A DNA stretch of 64,000 nucleotides, taken from contig CM052818.1 in NCBI GenBank assembly GCA_028534125.1, forward strand, positions 22,446,001 through 22,510,000, read 5' to 3'. This stretch comes from Lama glama. Lineage: Eukaryota. The notes under the pieces are model-generated. The model saw nothing but the letters and a program-made list of their open reading frames with translations. It made no database searches and was not told the DNA's origin. Positions 61,716-64,000 of this stretch are shown here, in pieces. How positions within the stretch are numbered: position 1 is the first letter of the stretch; each line of letters starts with the position of its first letter. The position numbers and the translations under genes are program-made.

Positions 61716-63114
61716 CTTTGGATGAGTAACCTGTTTCCAGATCAGTTTGCTCATCTGTCAAATGGAGACAATGATACTTACCTTAGAAGGCTGTGGTGAG
61801 ATGGAATCAGGTCATCTAGGCTGGCCATTCCAATCCTCTTGACCAACTGATTGGTTCAGGGATGGACACAACCCAATGATACTAAGGAGAGTTTTTCTTG
61901 AGATTTGGTTTATGGATGCTGAAGAGAGTTTCTCTTCCTCTGAGATATCGAGTGATGAGGATTAAGAGAGCTCAAAGCTCTTGCACATAAGTGATCATTA
62001 TAATCTGTCTTGATAGAAAACAAATTCTAGGAACCATGAGAGTCCCCAAACACCATTTAACCTGAGACTAAACTGCACCCAAAGAGGTTTCTAGAGCAAG
62101 TCCCTCACTGAGTTAAAAGCATCATTTATTCCCATAGAATTGATTAGATTCAGTTATATGGATTCATGGATCCTGGTAATTTCCTTTCATAATTTGTAAC
62201 AATTTGTAATTAAACATATAGAGATATTAATCACTCTACAAAATTTAAGGTGCAAGAAATGTTGCATTTTTTAATTTCCCCCAAAAAGTTACATCTAGCT
62301 AAAACTTGCATTTGTCATGATGATGGAAAGTTGATGAAGAAGGTTAGAAATGGACCCTAGGCTATGCCCGGCCTATGAAAATAGATAGCAGGGGCTTAAC
62401 TGTCAATCCATGGTTGTCCCTGCTGCCACACGGCCCACGCGGAGGGTGTACTTTGACTCTGAGGCCAACTTGGCCCAGGGACTTTTCTCAAGCTTCCGAG
62501 CCTCAGCACCTAGGGTCCAGGTCCTGCAGGCACAGGGCAGCCCCTGCCCCGCTCCAGGGCCGGACCTCAGCAATTCTGGGTGGCAGATCTCTGATGTCCA
62601 GGCCCCTAGCCCCATAGAACCTCCAACACTGTTCCTTTACCAAGCAGGCTCACACTCCCTGAAGATCATGCCCCTTTCTTGGCCCTCCTGACAGATGCCC
62701 CGTTAAACCACCCGATGGGCACAGGCCCTCCAAATCACAGGGCAGCCCACCCAAGCCGGGCAACTTCTCCATTTGGCCGGAAACACAGACCAAAGACTGT
62801 TACTTCTCTCATGCTGATAAGAAAAGCTTAAACCTCAAGAACTCACTAAAGTTGGGCTTTCCAGAAGGGTAAAGGAAAAGGCAGGCACTCCTTCTTTTAT
62901 CCTGATAAGTCAGCAACCTAAAAAGTAGAAAAATGAGGCCCCACTTCTCGACAGGTTGTTCTGTGACTTCACATCGGCATCAGGCCCACCTGCCAAATAT
63001 ATCTGTATGTGGGACGGGGGCCCCAGCAGCTGGGGTCTAATTTGCTCACCATTTAACCTGATCTCTGGCTCTCAGCATGAGCTGTAGGTCTCGATACATA
63101 CTGGTTCAATAATT

Positions 63115-63560
63115 CCTTATTAATCAGAACTCTTTCAGTGCTAAGTGATGGAAATTCGAACTGGATTAATTTTTGTTTTAAAGATCATTGGCTCTGGTAA
63201 CTGGGAAAACTGAAGGCAGGCCTGGCTTTAGGCAATATTGGAATGATGTGGAGTTGGATCTTCTTCCTGCCCTTTGGCCTACTTTCCTCGAGGTGCTAGC
63301 TTCGTTCTGCCAAAGGTTTCTTCCTTGTGTCCTTGGGCAATGGCTCCAGCAGCTTCAGACTTCCTCGGTCCTCATCACTCAGTATCTCGGAGGAGGAGAG
63401 ACTCTCTTTCCAGCATCCAAAGCCCAAAAGTTAAGCAAGACTCTTATAATGTATCTCCCTCTGAATCAATCAACTGGCCAAGAGGATTATATAGCCTGTG
63501 GCCACTTAGATCACATGCCCCACTCTGGGTGGTGGTGAAGAGGCCCCATAAGAAACAGCT
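63115..63560 (-). mobile_element. old MaLR LTR (MLT1K-like)
   Basis: TAATCAGAACTCTTTCAGTGCTAAGTGATGGAAA...CTGAATCAATCAACTGGCCAAGAGG...GATCACATGCCCCAC. Confidence 0.6.
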
Positions 63561-63594
63561 TCACCAAGAAGAGGGGTGGCTCCCCTAATAAAAA

Positions 63595-63722
63595 TGGGAG
63601 TATAGTAACTATAATGAACCAGAATAGATATATATGTGCTTATGTGTGTGATAACTGAATCACCGTGCCGTACACCAGAGACTAACACAACATTATAAAT
63701 CGACTATACTTCAGTTAAAAAG
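63595..63722 (+). mobile_element. artiodactyl/camelid L1 3' end fragment
   Basis: ATAACTGAATCACCGTGCCGTACACCAGAGACTAACACAACATTATAAATCGACTATACTTCAGTTAAAAA. Confidence 0.85.
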
Positions 63723-63856
63723 AGAGAGAGAGCTATGACCAAGCAAACTGAGAAGGGCTCTGCCTAGGAAGATGAAAACAGCAAGCATCCCCTACACATA
63801 GTGTTGGGAGCTAAAGCTGGTAGGACATATATTCAGTTATGTTCAGTCATGGCGAG

Positions 63857-64000
63857 TGTATCAGTTAGGGTAAGTTAGCTGCTATAACAAACAACCCCCA
63901 AATCTCAATGGCTTCACATAACACACTCACTCATGTCACAATCCCAAGCCGGGTGACGGGGTGCTTTTCATGCAGTCATCTGGGACCCTTGTTTTAGTGG
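63857..64000 (-). mobile_element. MaLR LTR (MLT1) running off the window end
   Basis: TGTATCAGTTAGGGTAAGTTAGCTGCTATAACAAACAACCCCCAAATCTCAATGGCTT. Confidence 0.8.

Noticed and set aside
1..64000. A novel multi-gene biological system or an identifiable host gene
   Set aside because: No coding exon or RNA gene can be supported from the sequence. Small exons or lncRNA exons cannot be excluded without spliced alignment of RNA-seq or homologous proteins.

Overview
Mammalian genomic DNA, apparently intergenic or deep intronic. It is most likely camelid, because it carries short tRNA-derived SINEs of the Vic-1/tylopod type and artiodactyl-type L1 3' ends (inference). I can support no protein-coding exon, RNA gene, CpG island or CRISPR/prokaryotic feature. 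The ORFs in the track look like chance ORFs or decayed repeat sequence. Much of the window is transposon fossils: many MaLR (MLT1) LTRs, two MLT1 elements retaining internal sequence, LTR16-like LTRs, a solo ERV1 LTR with a 4-bp TSD, old and young L1 pieces, L2, MIR and hAT DNA transposons (MER3, MER5, MER53, MER91A and a Charlie transposase remnant). The unique sequence holds two strong CTCF motifs and several motif-dense candidate enhancers, notably an HNF1/FOXA/GATA/CDX/ONECUT cluster at ~36.2 kb. I found no evidence for a previously undescribed biological system. The best leads are regulatory elements, nested or rearranged insertions and short tandem repeats. Repeat family names come from recognising consensus sequences by eye, not from a RepeatMasker run, so subfamilies and boundaries are approximate.
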